A stretch of DNA of 64,000 bases, taken from the human T2T-CHM13v2.0 reference genome, Homo sapiens. Positions 28,449 through 40,929 of this stretch are shown here, piece after piece (positions within the stretch are counted from its first letter, which is position 1; every line of letters starts with the position of its first letter). Location: the NCBI RefSeq assembly GCF_009914755.1, contig NC_060947.1, one strand, 5' to 3'. The notes under the pieces are model-generated. The model worked only from the letters and a program-made list of their open reading frames with translations, was not told where the DNA came from and made no database searches. The position numbers were made by a program, and so were the translations under genes.

Positions 28449-28831
28449 TGTTATGTGCTGAATTTTGTTCCTCAAAATTCATATGTTGAAGTCCTAACTC
28501 CATGTACCTCAGAATGTGACTATATTTGGAGATAGAACCTTTAAAGCGGTAACAAAGGCAAAGTGAGGTCATATGTGTGAGCCCTAATCCAATATGACTA
28601 GTATCCTTACAAAAAGAAGAGATTAGGATGCAAACATGCACAGAGGAAAAAACATGTAGAAACACAGAAAGGGAAGACCATCTACAAGCCAAGGAGAGAG
28701 GACTCAGAACAAATCAATCTTGCCGACACCTTGATTTCACACTTCCAGCCTCCAGAACTCTGAGAAAATAAATTTCTGTTGTTTAAGCCACCCAGTCTGT
28801 GGATTTTGTTATGGCAGCCCTAGCTAATACA
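28449..28831 (+). mobile_element. MLT1B-type solo LTR
   Basis: 'tgttatgtgctgaattttgttcctcaaaattcatatgttgaagtcctaactcc...gttatggcagccctagctaataca'. Confidence 0.85.
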
Positions 28832-29150
28832 AGTCAAGTAATTTAGCAAAAAAATAGAAGGAAAGAAAGGAACAAACAGGTAAAGATCCTTAATCTTATC
28901 AGCAATCAGAGAAATGCCTCAGGAAAGTGAATTAGGTTGAAATACTTGATAAATATACAACAATGTTTATTAAAAGATAGTTACGGCCATGTTGTTCATA
29001 ATAACAACAAATAATAGAAATAATCTAAATTAATAATACAAAATTATTTTAATAATTTATGAACTTCAGACTTGCATATATAACTGCCTACTCTAAATTT
29101 ACAATTAATTCTAAGTGGCATCTCCAAATTAACCCATCTAAAACCAAATT

Positions 29151-29273
29151 AAAAAAAAATAAATTTAAAAAATGTTATGGTAGTAAGAACACTTAACATG
29201 AGATCTATCCTCTGAACACATTTTTAGGTGTACAATACAGTAATAGTAACTATAGACACAATATTGTTTAGCC
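29151..29273 (-). mobile_element. Short L1MA 3'UTR fragment with 11-bp TSD
   Basis: 'gtaagaacacttaacatgagatctatcctc...gtgtacaatacagta'; AAAACCAAATT at 29140-29150 and 29274-29284. Confidence 0.7.
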
Positions 29274-29809
29274 AAAACCAAATTTTTGAGTTCCACTCTC
29301 AAAATAAAAACCTGTTACTTCCAGTTTAATTATCTCATCTATTCTTCCATAAATTCAGGCTCTCTCACACAATACATCAAATCCATCAACAAATTCTTTT
29401 AGAACTACCTTCAAAATACATCCAGAATCCAAACACTTATCATCCCTACCACTACAACTTTAATTCAAACCACAAATGCCTGTTGCCAGGATTATTTTGA
29501 AATCTTCCTAACCTGTCTCTCTGTTTTTGCCCTTACCACCTTACAGTCTATTCTAAGCACAGCAGCCAGATTGAGCCTTTTAAAATGTTAGCTCAGATAA
29601 TGTCACTTCTCTACTTAGAAGTCTCCAATGTCTTCCCATCTCATACAGAATAAAACCCAACATCCATTCCATGGCTTTATTGGTGGCTCAAAGTCTGGCC
29701 CCTACTACTTCCTTAACTTAATCTACTATTTTCCTCCTCACTCACAGCACTCCTACAACACAGGTCAGTTCTTTCATATTTCTGATTAAATCTTGCCCCT
29801 GATCCCATA

Positions 29810-31560
29810 AAGTAGAAGTTGTTGGTACCCTGCTTAGATCCCCCTTCCTGCGTGGCAGAACTATTCTCCTACCTGTTGTGAGTATTGAATCTTTAAGAGT
29901 TCACAGTTTCATCCTTCTGAGAGCTGGCCTCAACAGCAAGGAGTAACCTCTCCTGGAAATGCCTGAGAGTTTACATCCTCCCCCTGCCTGCAACAAATGA
30001 CTAACCAATATAGGAGTACAAAATGCCATACCCTTGCCTTAAGGTGGGATAACTCTGTGGTGTCATTCATGTTCCAGGGCCTTCTACTTGGAACAGGCTA
30101 AACTTCAGTTGAAACCACATCTTTGGCTGATATATTCCTCTGCCTTAACCTAATTTTTCTCACTCCCTTAAAGGATTCACCTGAAGGTAACTCCCTCAAT
30201 AAATCAATTTTTCAAAAATGCTATCTCAGGCTTGCTTCCACGAAATAAGAAGTAATTTAGTTGGTATCACGAGAGTTTCTAGGAAAGAGTCTCAATGTCT
30301 GAAGGGCCAATAGTAACCCATTAGTGGTGTTACATGGAGTATTGACAGTGCTTGGAATATAGGGATGTGCTAGCTTTTGTAATGTCTCTGGTGTCTACAA
30401 AATACAGGGATCTTAGTGAATACCTGGATTGTACTTTCTGGATGGCTGTTGCTAAGCACCACTGATGCTTTGAAAAAAAAAAAAAAAAAGAAAATCACAA
30501 GCTCAGAGCACTTAATTATCAATTTAAAGCAATATGTAAGTGTCACAGGGCATCCTTAGAAGCATCTTAAAAAGGACTTCATTTCCCACAGCTGGAGTGC
30601 AAACTGACACAGAACTTGACTCAAAAAGACTGAATATCAGAGGTGGTTGAATTCTCAGCCTAGGAAAGTTTCCTATGCCAAAGTCGGCCCAGATAGAGAA
30701 GGAGTAGAGCCCTGAAACTTAGAATAAGAATATCTGGGTAGATTCACTCAAGATATTTGAACCCTCAGATTCCCCTTAGTCCTCTGGGCTTAAAAAATTA
30801 TCCAACTCTCCCTTGTGTTAGGAGAGAGAAGGCCTTCTTTTGAAGACTATACACAATGCTCAAATGAGGTATATGTCTTACAAGACAATGTTGTCCCTCT
30901 TCAGGATCTGCCCCTACATCCCTCTTGGACTCCAGACCAATAACTAGATTCAGAGCTCAGCCTGATCCTTCTGGGGCAGTGATAAGTCTGCTAAGGGAGT
31001 AGATGAATTACACACCACAGAAGCTGAAATACCTGGCTAATACATGCTGTAAGACACTGGGAAAGTGTACCTGGAAATAGAACTCGAGGGTGTTGCATCA
31101 AAGGAGACAGAAAATAAAGGTGGATAAAGGAGAGTTTATTAATATTACGACACTTTTCTACAGCAAAGGCTTTGCTTAGTGGTTCTGATGCATGGCTGGA
31201 TTACCTCTTGGAAGCTTGGTAAAAGTGATGACTCACATTCAATGAAGCAAAGATGTCAACATTGCAATGTACCTGAGGGAGGCAACATGCCAGAATGGAT
31301 CTATCATAAGAGAACAGATAATCTAGCAGCTGACCTTGTTCCTTGGGAGAGATGGAAAACTATGATGTCATTCATACCCAAGAGCTTTTCCTAGGAATAG
31401 GCTAAGGCTAGATTTCAGGTAGAACTACATCTTTGCCTAGCTTCTTCTTCTGCCCTATCTTGCTTCTCACACTCTTCCAGGTTTCACCTGAAGACACAGT
31501 CTCAAACTACTTGTCCAAGAATCCTCATCTCAGGGTTTGCTCGAAAGAAATCCAAGTGAA
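29810..31560 (+). mobile_element. Internally deleted ancient ERVL provirus: LTR16-like LTR (29810-30250), gag-region internal remnant, partial second LTR (31370-31560)
   Basis: LTR16-like 'ccctgcttagatccccctt...ctccctcaataaatc...ctcaggcttgcttc'; PBS-like 'gttggtatcacgagag'; repeated block 'gtcattcat...aggctaa...acatctttg...ttcacctgaag'. Confidence 0.65.
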
Positions 31561-31929
31561 TATATCACCCTAATCAGAATTAATTTTCATCATCTCTCAC
31601 CACTTACCCTACTTTTCTTTTTTCATATTTATCACTACCTTATATGTTATATATTTGCTTGTTCTTTGTCTCTCCACCCCTGTAGAATATAATATCCATG
31701 AGAGTAGGCATTTTTGTTTTATTTACTGCTATATCCCCAACACCAACTATGATACCTGGCATACAGTAGATATTCAATAAGTAATTTTGAATAAGTTAAT
31801 GAATGGCAAAACAAATAATAAAACTATATGTATACTATAATCCCATTTTCCTATTTTATATTTTTAAATGTGTGTACAGTTAAAAATGTCAAAGGAAGCA
31901 TGTGAACATTTAATAACTTCAGTAACTGA

Positions 31930-32370
31930 CAAAGTAAAGGCAAACATGTTCAGTAGGACTTATAAGAATCTTCTTAACCTAAGCCCTATCTATATTTTCA
32001 TCCTTCTCTCTCATTGGCCTCACCTTCAGCTGTTAAACTTTAGCCATTGTGGTGTTTTTTAAGTTCTCTGAAAATTGTAAGCTTTCCCTTTCCCCAGGCA
32101 TTGGCTTGCATCATCGTTTCTGCCTTGGAACAGTCTTCCCTTAATCTTCACATTGCTAACTAATTCTCATCCATCGTTTCTCAGATTAATGATAACTTTG
32201 TCATGGAAACCTAGGTTATATGTTCTTGCTATGGACACACCCTATAACACTGAATTTACCCCTATGCTTTCCTGCTGGATTGTGTATTCAGCAAGAGCAG
32301 GGACCTGCTCACCACTGTGGCTCTAGCACCTGGTGCCTGCCACACAGATGTTTAATATTTGTTGAACAAG
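31930..32370 (+). mobile_element. L2 3' fragment
   Basis: 'gtttctgccttggaacagtcttccc', 'gagcagggacc...ctagcacctggtgcctgccacacagatgtttaatatttgttgaa'. Confidence 0.65.
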
Positions 32371-32479
32371 CACAATGGTAAGAATGAAGTTCATTTTTAC
32401 TTTCTCTTTCATATTTTCTGAGTTTGTCACAGTAAACTAGCCTCAATTTTTTATATTTTAAATAGCTCTTTGTATTTTG

Positions 32480-33420
32480 AAAAAAAAAAACTTAAATATG
32501 TATCCTGAAACCCTAGGCTAGTTAGAAGAAAATATAGGTTGATATTAACTTATGTCAGAATAGAACATTTTTGAAACATAAAAGCAAGAGGAGAAACCAT
32601 AAAACAAATGATCTGTAGGTTGAACATCTAGCTTTTAAAATTTCTGTACATTAACATATAAAGGGAAATACATATGCAACAAATTTCTATCTGTCAAAGT
32701 CACAAGATTTCTAAACAAAGCATTCACTTTTAGTGGGGGTAGGCTGAGAGGAGGCTCATATATACTTGCTCACAGCCTTAAAGAAGTCTATAACTGTAGT
32801 AAATAATTTCAAAATTGTTAATCTATCCTAAATAAATAATCAGTGATAAGGTCAAGGATTTATCCACAAGCTCTAAAGGGAGATTTTTCTATGATAGTTA
32901 AACATTGTAAGCAACATAAATACCCAAATTTGGCATATTAGCTTAAAAAGTATTCAATCATAATGTGACATATCCTTCAGCCATTAGCCAATTTTAAAGA
33001 GAATAGAATAACTTAAAATACAGCATATTGTTTAGTGAACAAATAAAAACAATATACAGAATGAGGCAAGATTTTTTATTGGAGAGAGAGGAAGAGAGAC
33101 AGAGAGATAGAGACAGAAGTCTTTAATATACTACAATGTTAAAACAGTTCTGAGTATTGTGATTAAGGACAAATTTTACTTTTCTATATTTTCTATTTTT
33201 ATACTATGACTTACATCTATAATTATAAAAAAAAAGCTAAAAATATTTGAAGGAGAAAATTTGATACCATGGAAGAAATGCCAATAACAATGGAAAAATT
33301 TGTGTGTGTGCGTGTGTGTGCATGTGTGTTTAAAGAGAGATAAAGAAGGAGGAAAGTGACATAGAGAAAAGACTGAAAACTGGTACACTAAAATGTCAGT
33401 AACTCCTCCTGGTTGTTGAG
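32480..33420 (+). mobile_element. Degraded L1ME-like 3' remnant
   Basis: 'aaatatgtatcctgaaaccct...agaagaaaatataggt', 'atctatcctaaataaataatc', 'tacactaaaatgtcagtaac'. Confidence 0.45.
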
Positions 33421-35439
33421 AATATGTGTGAATTTTAAAAGTTCATTTGGTTATTAATTCAACAAATATCATTAATATTTTTATAGTCACTGTGATACCG
33501 TGATGGGCAATGGGAATTCAGTGGTGATCAATATGGTAAAAGGCCTCGACTTTCATGGACCTTACAGTCTACGGCTAAGAAAGGACTCAGCAGGAGGAGT
33601 GAGCTTTTAAGGAACCGGTGTCTTCATTTGGCAGAATATGAATGACAAACTGGGGAGTTGCGTCAGGGTTATCACTTCCTCCTGGTCTTTCAGGTTTTGC
33701 TTTTCCTCACCTAATATCCAAATATGTTATGTGCATTATATAGATAAATAGATAGATACACACACATATGTGTGTCTCTCTATATATGAGTAGGTGTATA
33801 CCTAGTTTTTCTCCCAGTGTCCAACTTTTAAAAGGCAAATACTCCTGGGAAGACCATCATTTGACCCCTTTGACACTAAATGGAAAAAGGAAAATAAAAT
33901 AAGAACATCTTTTCTGAGCTAAACAAAGGGAACAGGTGTGGTCATTGGTACTGAAGAATAAAGTTTTTCTACCTCAACATTGCTCAATTTCAGGTCAGTA
34001 TCTGCAGATAATCAACAATGTATTAAATTGGAGTTTTATCATTGGCAGTATAAGAATTTATTCTGAAAATAGAGCTTAAAATGTGAGAAATTTGGAGTTG
34101 CATCCAATAGGGAAAAATATCTAACTTTTAATTGAGGTTTAATGGAACAAAATAATCAAAACTAAAAATGCTTCAATAAAAGAAGACAGCTCATAAATGG
34201 GTCATTGCTGCAATGACCACTTTTAATTTCACCCTCCTTCCAACCAGATTGTAGTTTAATGGGATGCCATAAAAGGGACATAGCAATGTTTTCATAGAGA
34301 AATAAACATGGAGTAAAGATTAAATGATACCATTTAAAAATTACTTCTTGCTTGGTTTTCTCTGACAGCAAATTTGGTTTTCAGAAGTTCTTTGATACAA
34401 ATCCACAAGTCATGCCATGACATAAAGACTGAATAAACATCCTAAGACTGTTCAATAAGGAAATATTTCTAGAAGCCACTCTAAGAAGGCAGAATTAATC
34501 GTGGTGAAAAGAAAAAAACTCATGGGTTTTCATTTTAATGTGCAATAAATATGTTCTTTCAATTTTTTTTAATTAGAGAAGGAGAGGGAGGAGCTAGCGA
34601 GTGAGCAAGTGAGAGAGACAGAGAGAGAGAGAAACTCAGTGGCTTTATAAAAAATGGTTTAGTTAAAAATAGGCTAATTCTTTCTTAATATGGAGCACTG
34701 TGAACCATCTCTGCTTGCTTCCAGTAGCATTGTTTGCTTTACATCAATATATATTTAAGGCAATATTCCAGTAAGCAGTCTTACCTCACAGAAATAGATG
34801 TCATGACATAGGATGATTTTATTGGTACCTATCTACATATTGTCTATATTCAATAAGGGAGATATAAATTCTTAACTCTGAGAACTGAAACTTTTGCTAT
34901 TATTAAAATTCTTTCATGTTTAATTGTGAAAAGGTTTAATTATGATAAGGGATCAGCTTTCGTAACCATTAAATAAACTTGGGAACCTTCTTTCTCATAA
35001 ATTTTGGTTGATTAGATTTTAATGAAACTTCCTGCAGCCACTGAATAAAATAGCTTCAACATTATTTTCAAGACTTGGTATACCATCAGCCTATACCATG
35101 TGACTGTGTTTAGCACACTTCCGTGAGTACATATATGTCATATGTGATCATATAATCCACATTCACATGATCTCACATAATCTCTCAGGATATACAGTTT
35201 AACTTTCTGTTTGCTTTACTCAGTTTGGAACGAGTCAATTTTAATTGCTTTCATAGGCACAAAATACCAGAGTAGTAAATCACAGAACAACAAAATATCT
35301 TCTTGCTGCCAAAAACAATCAGAAAACAGCCAAGTTTCTCTGAAAGGCAAACAACTTAATCATTATTAGTATTTTCAATGTCACAATTATTTATTATTTA
35401 ATGCTCTTGTGGTTAAAAAAATGAATATAACTATTTGCA

Positions 35440-35670
35440 TCTTGAACAGTGCTTTATAACTTACAGAACCTTATTTATTATCTCATTCAGATTTATTAAC
35501 AGTTATGTGAAGTAGACTGAACAAGCATAATTACCCCTATTGTAGATGTAAAGAAAGTGAAGTTCAGAGAAGATAGTTAACTTCTCCTTGGTCAATTGTC
35601 TAAAAAGTAACAGAGTTAGAAGCAGGACTCAAATTATCTAAATCAGGGTTACAACTTTCTCTACTACAGT
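35440..35670 (-). mobile_element. MIR SINE
   Basis: 'ttacccctattgtagatgtaaagaaagtgaagttcagagaagatagttaacttctccttggtca'. Confidence 0.7.
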
Positions 35671-36050
35671 GTGTAATCATGGAGTGAAAAAAATATGCCC
35701 CATAAATGGTTATTTCTTTTTCCAATAGTTTAGTTCCATCAGTGAATTTTACTCTAAGAGTTCAGGTGCAATGAGTTCTACCTTGTATGTGCCTTAATAC
35801 TCAAGAAATCAACTTCAGAAACTGTGTAGCAAAATTTCAAAGAACTCTGAATGACAGAAAAGTTTAAGATATTGTTAAATGTACTGCCCTCTTCCCCAAA
35901 CAAAATTACTTCCTTACTTCAAGAGACAGCATGGATGCCATTATCCAACCATTATGTACTGTATCTAGGCTGCTTTTCTAAATGGCTCAAGAAAAACATG
36001 ACTAAATGGTACTCTAAAATCATAAGCTCTAACTATGACTGCCTTATTAG

Positions 36051-36238
36051 TGGGATTGCCAAATTTAGCAAACAAAAATACCAATGTCCAGTTACATTTT
36101 AATTTCTTAAAAACAAGTGTTCATTTTTAGTATAAGTATGCCCTAAATATTTCATAGGCCATTCTTATACAAAAATGTTACTCATTTTATCTGAAATTCA
36201 AATATAACTATGTGTCTTCATTTTACCTGGCAACGCTA
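36051..36238. mobile_element. MER53 palindromic hAT MITE
   Basis: Termini 'gggattgccaaatttagcaaa' / 'ttttacctggcaacgcta'; central 'tagtataagtatgccctaaatatttcataggccattcttatac' hairpin. Confidence 0.85.
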
Positions 36239-37849
36239 CTTTATTCACTCATTACCATTTCACACAGACTGGATTCCGTAAATTTACCCTCTTCACTTTA
36301 GATGAGTCTCTCCAGAAGCATGGGCTTCAGGTGAGCCAACTTCCCAGCAAAAAGGGTCTCATGGTTAGAGTTTCTGCACTATCAATCTTGGTCCAGGGAA
36401 TAAATGGGTCCCCAAGTTTGCAGTTTAGGATTTAATTCGGGTTTTAATTGTAGAAAGATATCACAAGGCAGAGAGACATGAGAAACAACCACCATTCTCC
36501 TAAAAATATCCACTGAAGATCATCCCAGCCATACTAAGGTTCTTCTTATTTGGGATGATTTGAGTTGAAAAGTTCTGCGCAAAAGTACAATTCTTTCGAA
36601 TTCGTTTTTCAGGCCAGTGAAACCTTAAGACAGGCCAACACAAAAGAAAGTTTAAAAACTTAGTTATAGTCATGGAATTTTATCTGCTATTGTTTTGTCT
36701 AAAAGGATGTTTTAAAACTACATGCCTCTTCTCTTAAAAAAAAAAAAAAAAACCTGTCATGCTATCATTAGGTGATCCTTCTAGGATAAATTTTGGCTGT
36801 TAACTTTTTTCTCCATCTGTGTTGTGGGCTGCTTAGAAAAACACCTCGAATCAGCTAGATGTGTATATCGAACACGATGTTTTTTAGCTCTTTTATTTTT
36901 TCACATAAGTTCCAAGTATCTCTTGAAAAAGACAACTAGTTGTTTCAACAATTATGGCCTTTAATTCTCCTCACTCACCGAGATAAGGCAATTTCTAAGC
37001 ACCAAAGTAAACTTCACAGAGAAGGGCTTCACTTAGGGAAGACTCTAAGGAGATTCAGGGAGGATCTTTGAAGAAATAACAAGAGGGAAAACTAAATGGC
37101 ACATGGTTTCCACTAATTGTATCATGAATTGTCTTTATTTTATCCTCTACACCACATTTTCTATGTAAAGCGTAAGGGGAAAATAAATTAAAATAAAATA
37201 CCAGTCAGTGAATGAAGACAGAAAACATTTTAAGAGTAACAATAGCAACAAAATTTCCACAACCATAGAGAGCTACCACAAAGGGCAAAAAAAGAAATCC
37301 TATGTATAAATAATGGAACAGTGTTTAAAAAATCTAGACACAGTAGAGCTTCAGCGGTAAGGCAAGACTGAGGTTTGAGTGGCCAGTCTGAAGTTTACAT
37401 AAGAATAGCTTCTTAAGAAAGGATTTCAGGTAAGATACCTTGGAAGTTAAATTTCCTAGTAAAGTGGATACTGTTGAATTCATTTATAAGACAACAAATT
37501 CTTTTGCTCATAACCCCAGAAGATTCTTGTCACAGGACGGCAAAACTAACTAATCAAATTGTTAGAAGTAGCTGTAGTTTAAAAAAAGCAGAGCCTTCTC
37601 TTTCCCCTACAAGCATTTAGTTTCCTCATCAATAACCCTAAAAGCTTCCCAATAAATCAGACATATTTCTACATATATAAATCTGCTTTATATGAGGCAA
37701 ACATCATGTCTAATTTCTGGAGATATTGTCAATTTGTAATCTGAGTATTTTTAGTGTATTTTGCCTGCAGGTTAAAAAATGCCCTATTTCAGCAAGTCAA
37801 TTAAAAATAAATGTTTTGAAATGAAAAAAAAAAAAAAAAGACTGAGTAC

Positions 37850-40161
37850 CAATATGCTTTGGCTCTGTGTCCCTACCCAGATCTCATGTTGAATTGTAAT
37901 TCCCAAAGTTGGGGGAAGGACATGGAAAATGCTGATAGTAATATGGACAGTGAAATCCAGGCTGAGGTGGTCCCAGATGGAGATTAAGAACTTATTGGGA
38001 ACTGGAGTAAAGATTACTCTTGCTATGTTTTAGCAAAGAGACTGGTGGCATTGTGCCCCTGCTCTAGGGATCTGTGCACCTCTGAATTTGAGAGAGATGA
38101 TTTAGGGTATCTGGTGGAAGAAATTTCTAAACAGCAAAGCATTCTAGATGTGGCCTGGCTCCTTCTAAAAGCCTATGCTCAAAAAAATAAATAAATAAAA
38201 ATAAAAATAAAAGCCTATGCTCGTCTTCATAAACAGAAATGATCTGAAACTGGAACTTGTATTTAAAAGGAAAGCAGAGCATAAAAGCTTGAAAAATTTG
38301 CAACCTGGCCATGTGGTAGTACAGAAAAACCTGTTTTCTGGGGAGGAACTCAAGCTGGCTGCATAAATTTGCATATGTAAAGAGGAGTCAAATGTTAATA
38401 GCCAAGGCAATGTGAAAACACTTCCAAAGCATTTCAGAGACTTTGTGGCAGCTCCTCCCATCACAGGCCTGGAAGCCTAGGAGGGAAAAATGGCATTGTG
38501 AGCCAGGACAAGGGCCCCACTGCTCTGTGCAGCCTTGGGAAATGGCACTCTGTGTCCCAGCCACTCCAGCTCTAGCTGTGGCTAAAAGGGTCCAGGGTAT
38601 AGCTTGGGCCATTGCTTCAGAAGGTGCAAGCCCTAAGCCTTGGTGGCTTCCACGTGGTGTTGGGCTTGTGTGTGCACAGAAGTCAAGAATTGAGGTTTGG
38701 GAGCTTCCACCTTGATTTTGGAGGATGTATGGAAATGCCTGGAGGTCCAGGCAGAAGTCTGCTGCAGGGGATGAGCCCTCATGGAGAACTTCTACTAGGG
38801 CAGTGGGGAAGGAAAATCTGGGGTTAGAACTTCCACACAGAGTCCCCACTGGGGGACTACCTAGTGGAGCTGTGAGAAGAGAGCCACCATCACCATCTTC
38901 CAGACCTTAGAATAGTAGATCCACTGACAGCTTGCACTGTGCGCTTGGAAAAGCTGCAGACACTCAACGCCAGCCCATGCAAGCAGATGCGTGTGCTGTA
39001 GCCTATACAGCCAAAAAGGTGGAGCTTCCCAAGCCTTGGGAGGCCACCCCTTGCCTCAGTGTTGCCCGGATGTGATACATGGAGTCAAAGGAGAATATTT
39101 CAGAGCTTTAAGATTTAATGACTGTCCTGCTGGCTTTTGTACTTGCATGGGGCCTGTGATCATCTTTTTTTGGCCAATTTCTCCCATTTGGAATGGGAGC
39201 ATTTACCCAATGCCAACTAACTTGGTTTTGATTTTACAGGCTCATAAGCAAAAGGGACAAGCCTTGTCTCAGATGAAACTTTGGACTTTGACTTTTGAGT
39301 TAATGCTGGAATGAATTAAGACTTTTGGGGGCTGTTGGGAAGGCATGGTTGTGTTTTGAAATGTGAGAAGGACATGAGATTTGGGAGGGGCCGGGGAACG
39401 AAATATATGGTTTGTGTATTAGTCTGTTCTCATACTGCTATAAAGAACTGCGTGAAACTGAGTAATTTATAAAGAAAAGAGGTTTAATTGACTCACAGTT
39501 TCACATGGCTTAGGAGGCCTCAGGAAACTTACAATCATGGTGGAAAGGGAAGAGGCACATCTCACATGGCAGCAGGTGAGAGAGATACATGTGTGTAGGA
39601 AGCAAAGGGAAAAGAGCCCCTTATAAAACCATCAGCTCTCATGAGAACTCACTCACTATCATGAGAACAGCATGGCAGAAACCACTCCCATGATCTGATC
39701 ACCCCATCACATCTCTCCTTCAACACCCGAGGATTACAATTCAAGAGGAGATTTGGGTAGGGACACAAAACCTAACAGTATCAGTTTGGCTCTATGTCCT
39801 CACCCAAATCTCATGTTGAATTGTAATTCCCAATGTTGGAGAAGGGACCTGGTGGGAGGTGATTTGATCATGGGGGCAGATTTCCCTCTTGCTGTTCTCA
39901 TAATAGTGAGGGAGTTCTCATGAAATCTGATGGTTTAAAACTGTATGGCACTTTCCCCTTCACTCTCTCTCTTTCCTGCTCCACCATGGTAAGATGTGTT
40001 TTCTTCCTCTTTGCCTTCTACCATGATTATAAGTTTCCTGAGGGCTCACAGCCATGCTTCCAGTACAGCCTGAAGAACTGTGGGTCGATTCAAATTTTTT
40101 TCTTCATAAATTACCTAGTCTCAGGTAGTTCTTTATAGCAGTGTGAGAAGGGACTAATACC
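37850..40161 (+). mobile_element. MST (MaLR) provirus: truncated 5' LTR, internal region, 3' LTR interrupted by a second LTR
   Basis: LTR start 'atatgctttggctctgtgtccctacccagatctcatgttgaattg', MST/THE1-internal motifs ('gagtccccactgggggactacctagtggagctgtgagaag'), LTR end 'ggtagttctttatagcagtgtgagaagggactaatac'; probable TSD AGTAC/AGTAT. Confidence 0.9.
39415..39783 (-). mobile_element. MSTA/THE1-like solo LTR inserted antisense at the start of the host 3' LTR
   Basis: 'tgtattagtctgttctcatactgctataaag...gggacacaaaacctaacagtatca'; TSD GTTTG at 39410-39414 and 39784-39788. Confidence 0.9.
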
Positions 40162-40477
40162 AGTATGTAGATGGTGGTTTGGTTCCCATACTATTCATTC
40201 TGTGGGTCTTGAATTTGGGGCAGCTGCACTTTCTTCCTCGTCACCGTTTCTAGACTGTGAGATCACACTCACTTTCTCTCCATAAAAACACCCAGAATCC
40301 ACTCCCTCTCATTTCTTTAGCTCCTGTATCAATGCCATTTTCTCAAACACTGACTGTCATAATTTGTGGAGATTTAAGTATCCACCTAGAAGATCAATAA
40401 ACTAGCCTCATAGTTCTGGAGCTCCTCTCCTCTTATAATCTGATCTTCCATTTTAGCTCAGTCACTTAATCACATGG

Positions 40478-40929
40478 TGTATTAGGGTTCTCTAGAGGAA
40501 CAGAACTAATGGAATAGATAGATAGATAGTTAGATAGATAGATAGGAGTTTATTAAGTATTAACTCACATGATCACATGATCCCACAATAGGCTGTCTGC
40601 AGGCTGAGGAGCAAGGAGAGCCAGTCTGAGATCCAAAACTGAAGAACTTGGAGTCTGATGTTTGAGGGCAGGAAGCATCCAGCATGGGAGAAAGATGCAG
40701 GCTGGGAGGCTAGGCCAGTCTCTCTTCTCACATTTTGCTGCCTGCTTATATTCTAGTCATGCTGGCAGCTGATTAGTTTGTGCCCAGCCAGATTAAGGAT
40801 GGGTCTGCCTTTTTCACCCAACTGACTCAAATGTTAATCTCCTTTGGCAACACCCTCACAGACACACCCAGGATAAATACTTTGCATCCTTCAATCCAAT
40901 CAAGTTGACACTCAGTATTAACCATCACA
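40478..40929 (-). mobile_element. MLT2A-type 3' LTR of HERVL
   Basis: 'tgtattagggttctctagaggaacagaactaatgga...caagttgacactcagtattaaccatcaca'; adjacent PPT-like 'agtccacccc'. Confidence 0.93.

Larger units (their letters stand above)
27100..29050 (+). mobile_element. Highly degraded L1M (L1ME-like) ORF2 remnant, interrupted by two MaLR LTRs
   Basis: A-rich L1 ORF2-like motifs 'cacttgtagattatgatgtgcctaaaact', 'acctatctaggaacaattctaac', 'ccctcataccttaccacat'. Confidence 0.55.
29060..31805 (+). mobile_element. L2 3' portion split by an L1MA fragment and an LTR16/ERVL provirus
   Basis: L2 motifs at 29060-29760 ('ctaccttcaaaatacatccagaatc', 'cacagcagccag'); resumes 31560-31805 ending 'cctggcatacagtagatattcaataag...aatgaatg'. 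Confidence 0.75.

Noticed and set aside
38127-39314. Cluster of ORFs up to 153 aa
   Set aside because: MaLR internal-region remnants, fragmented
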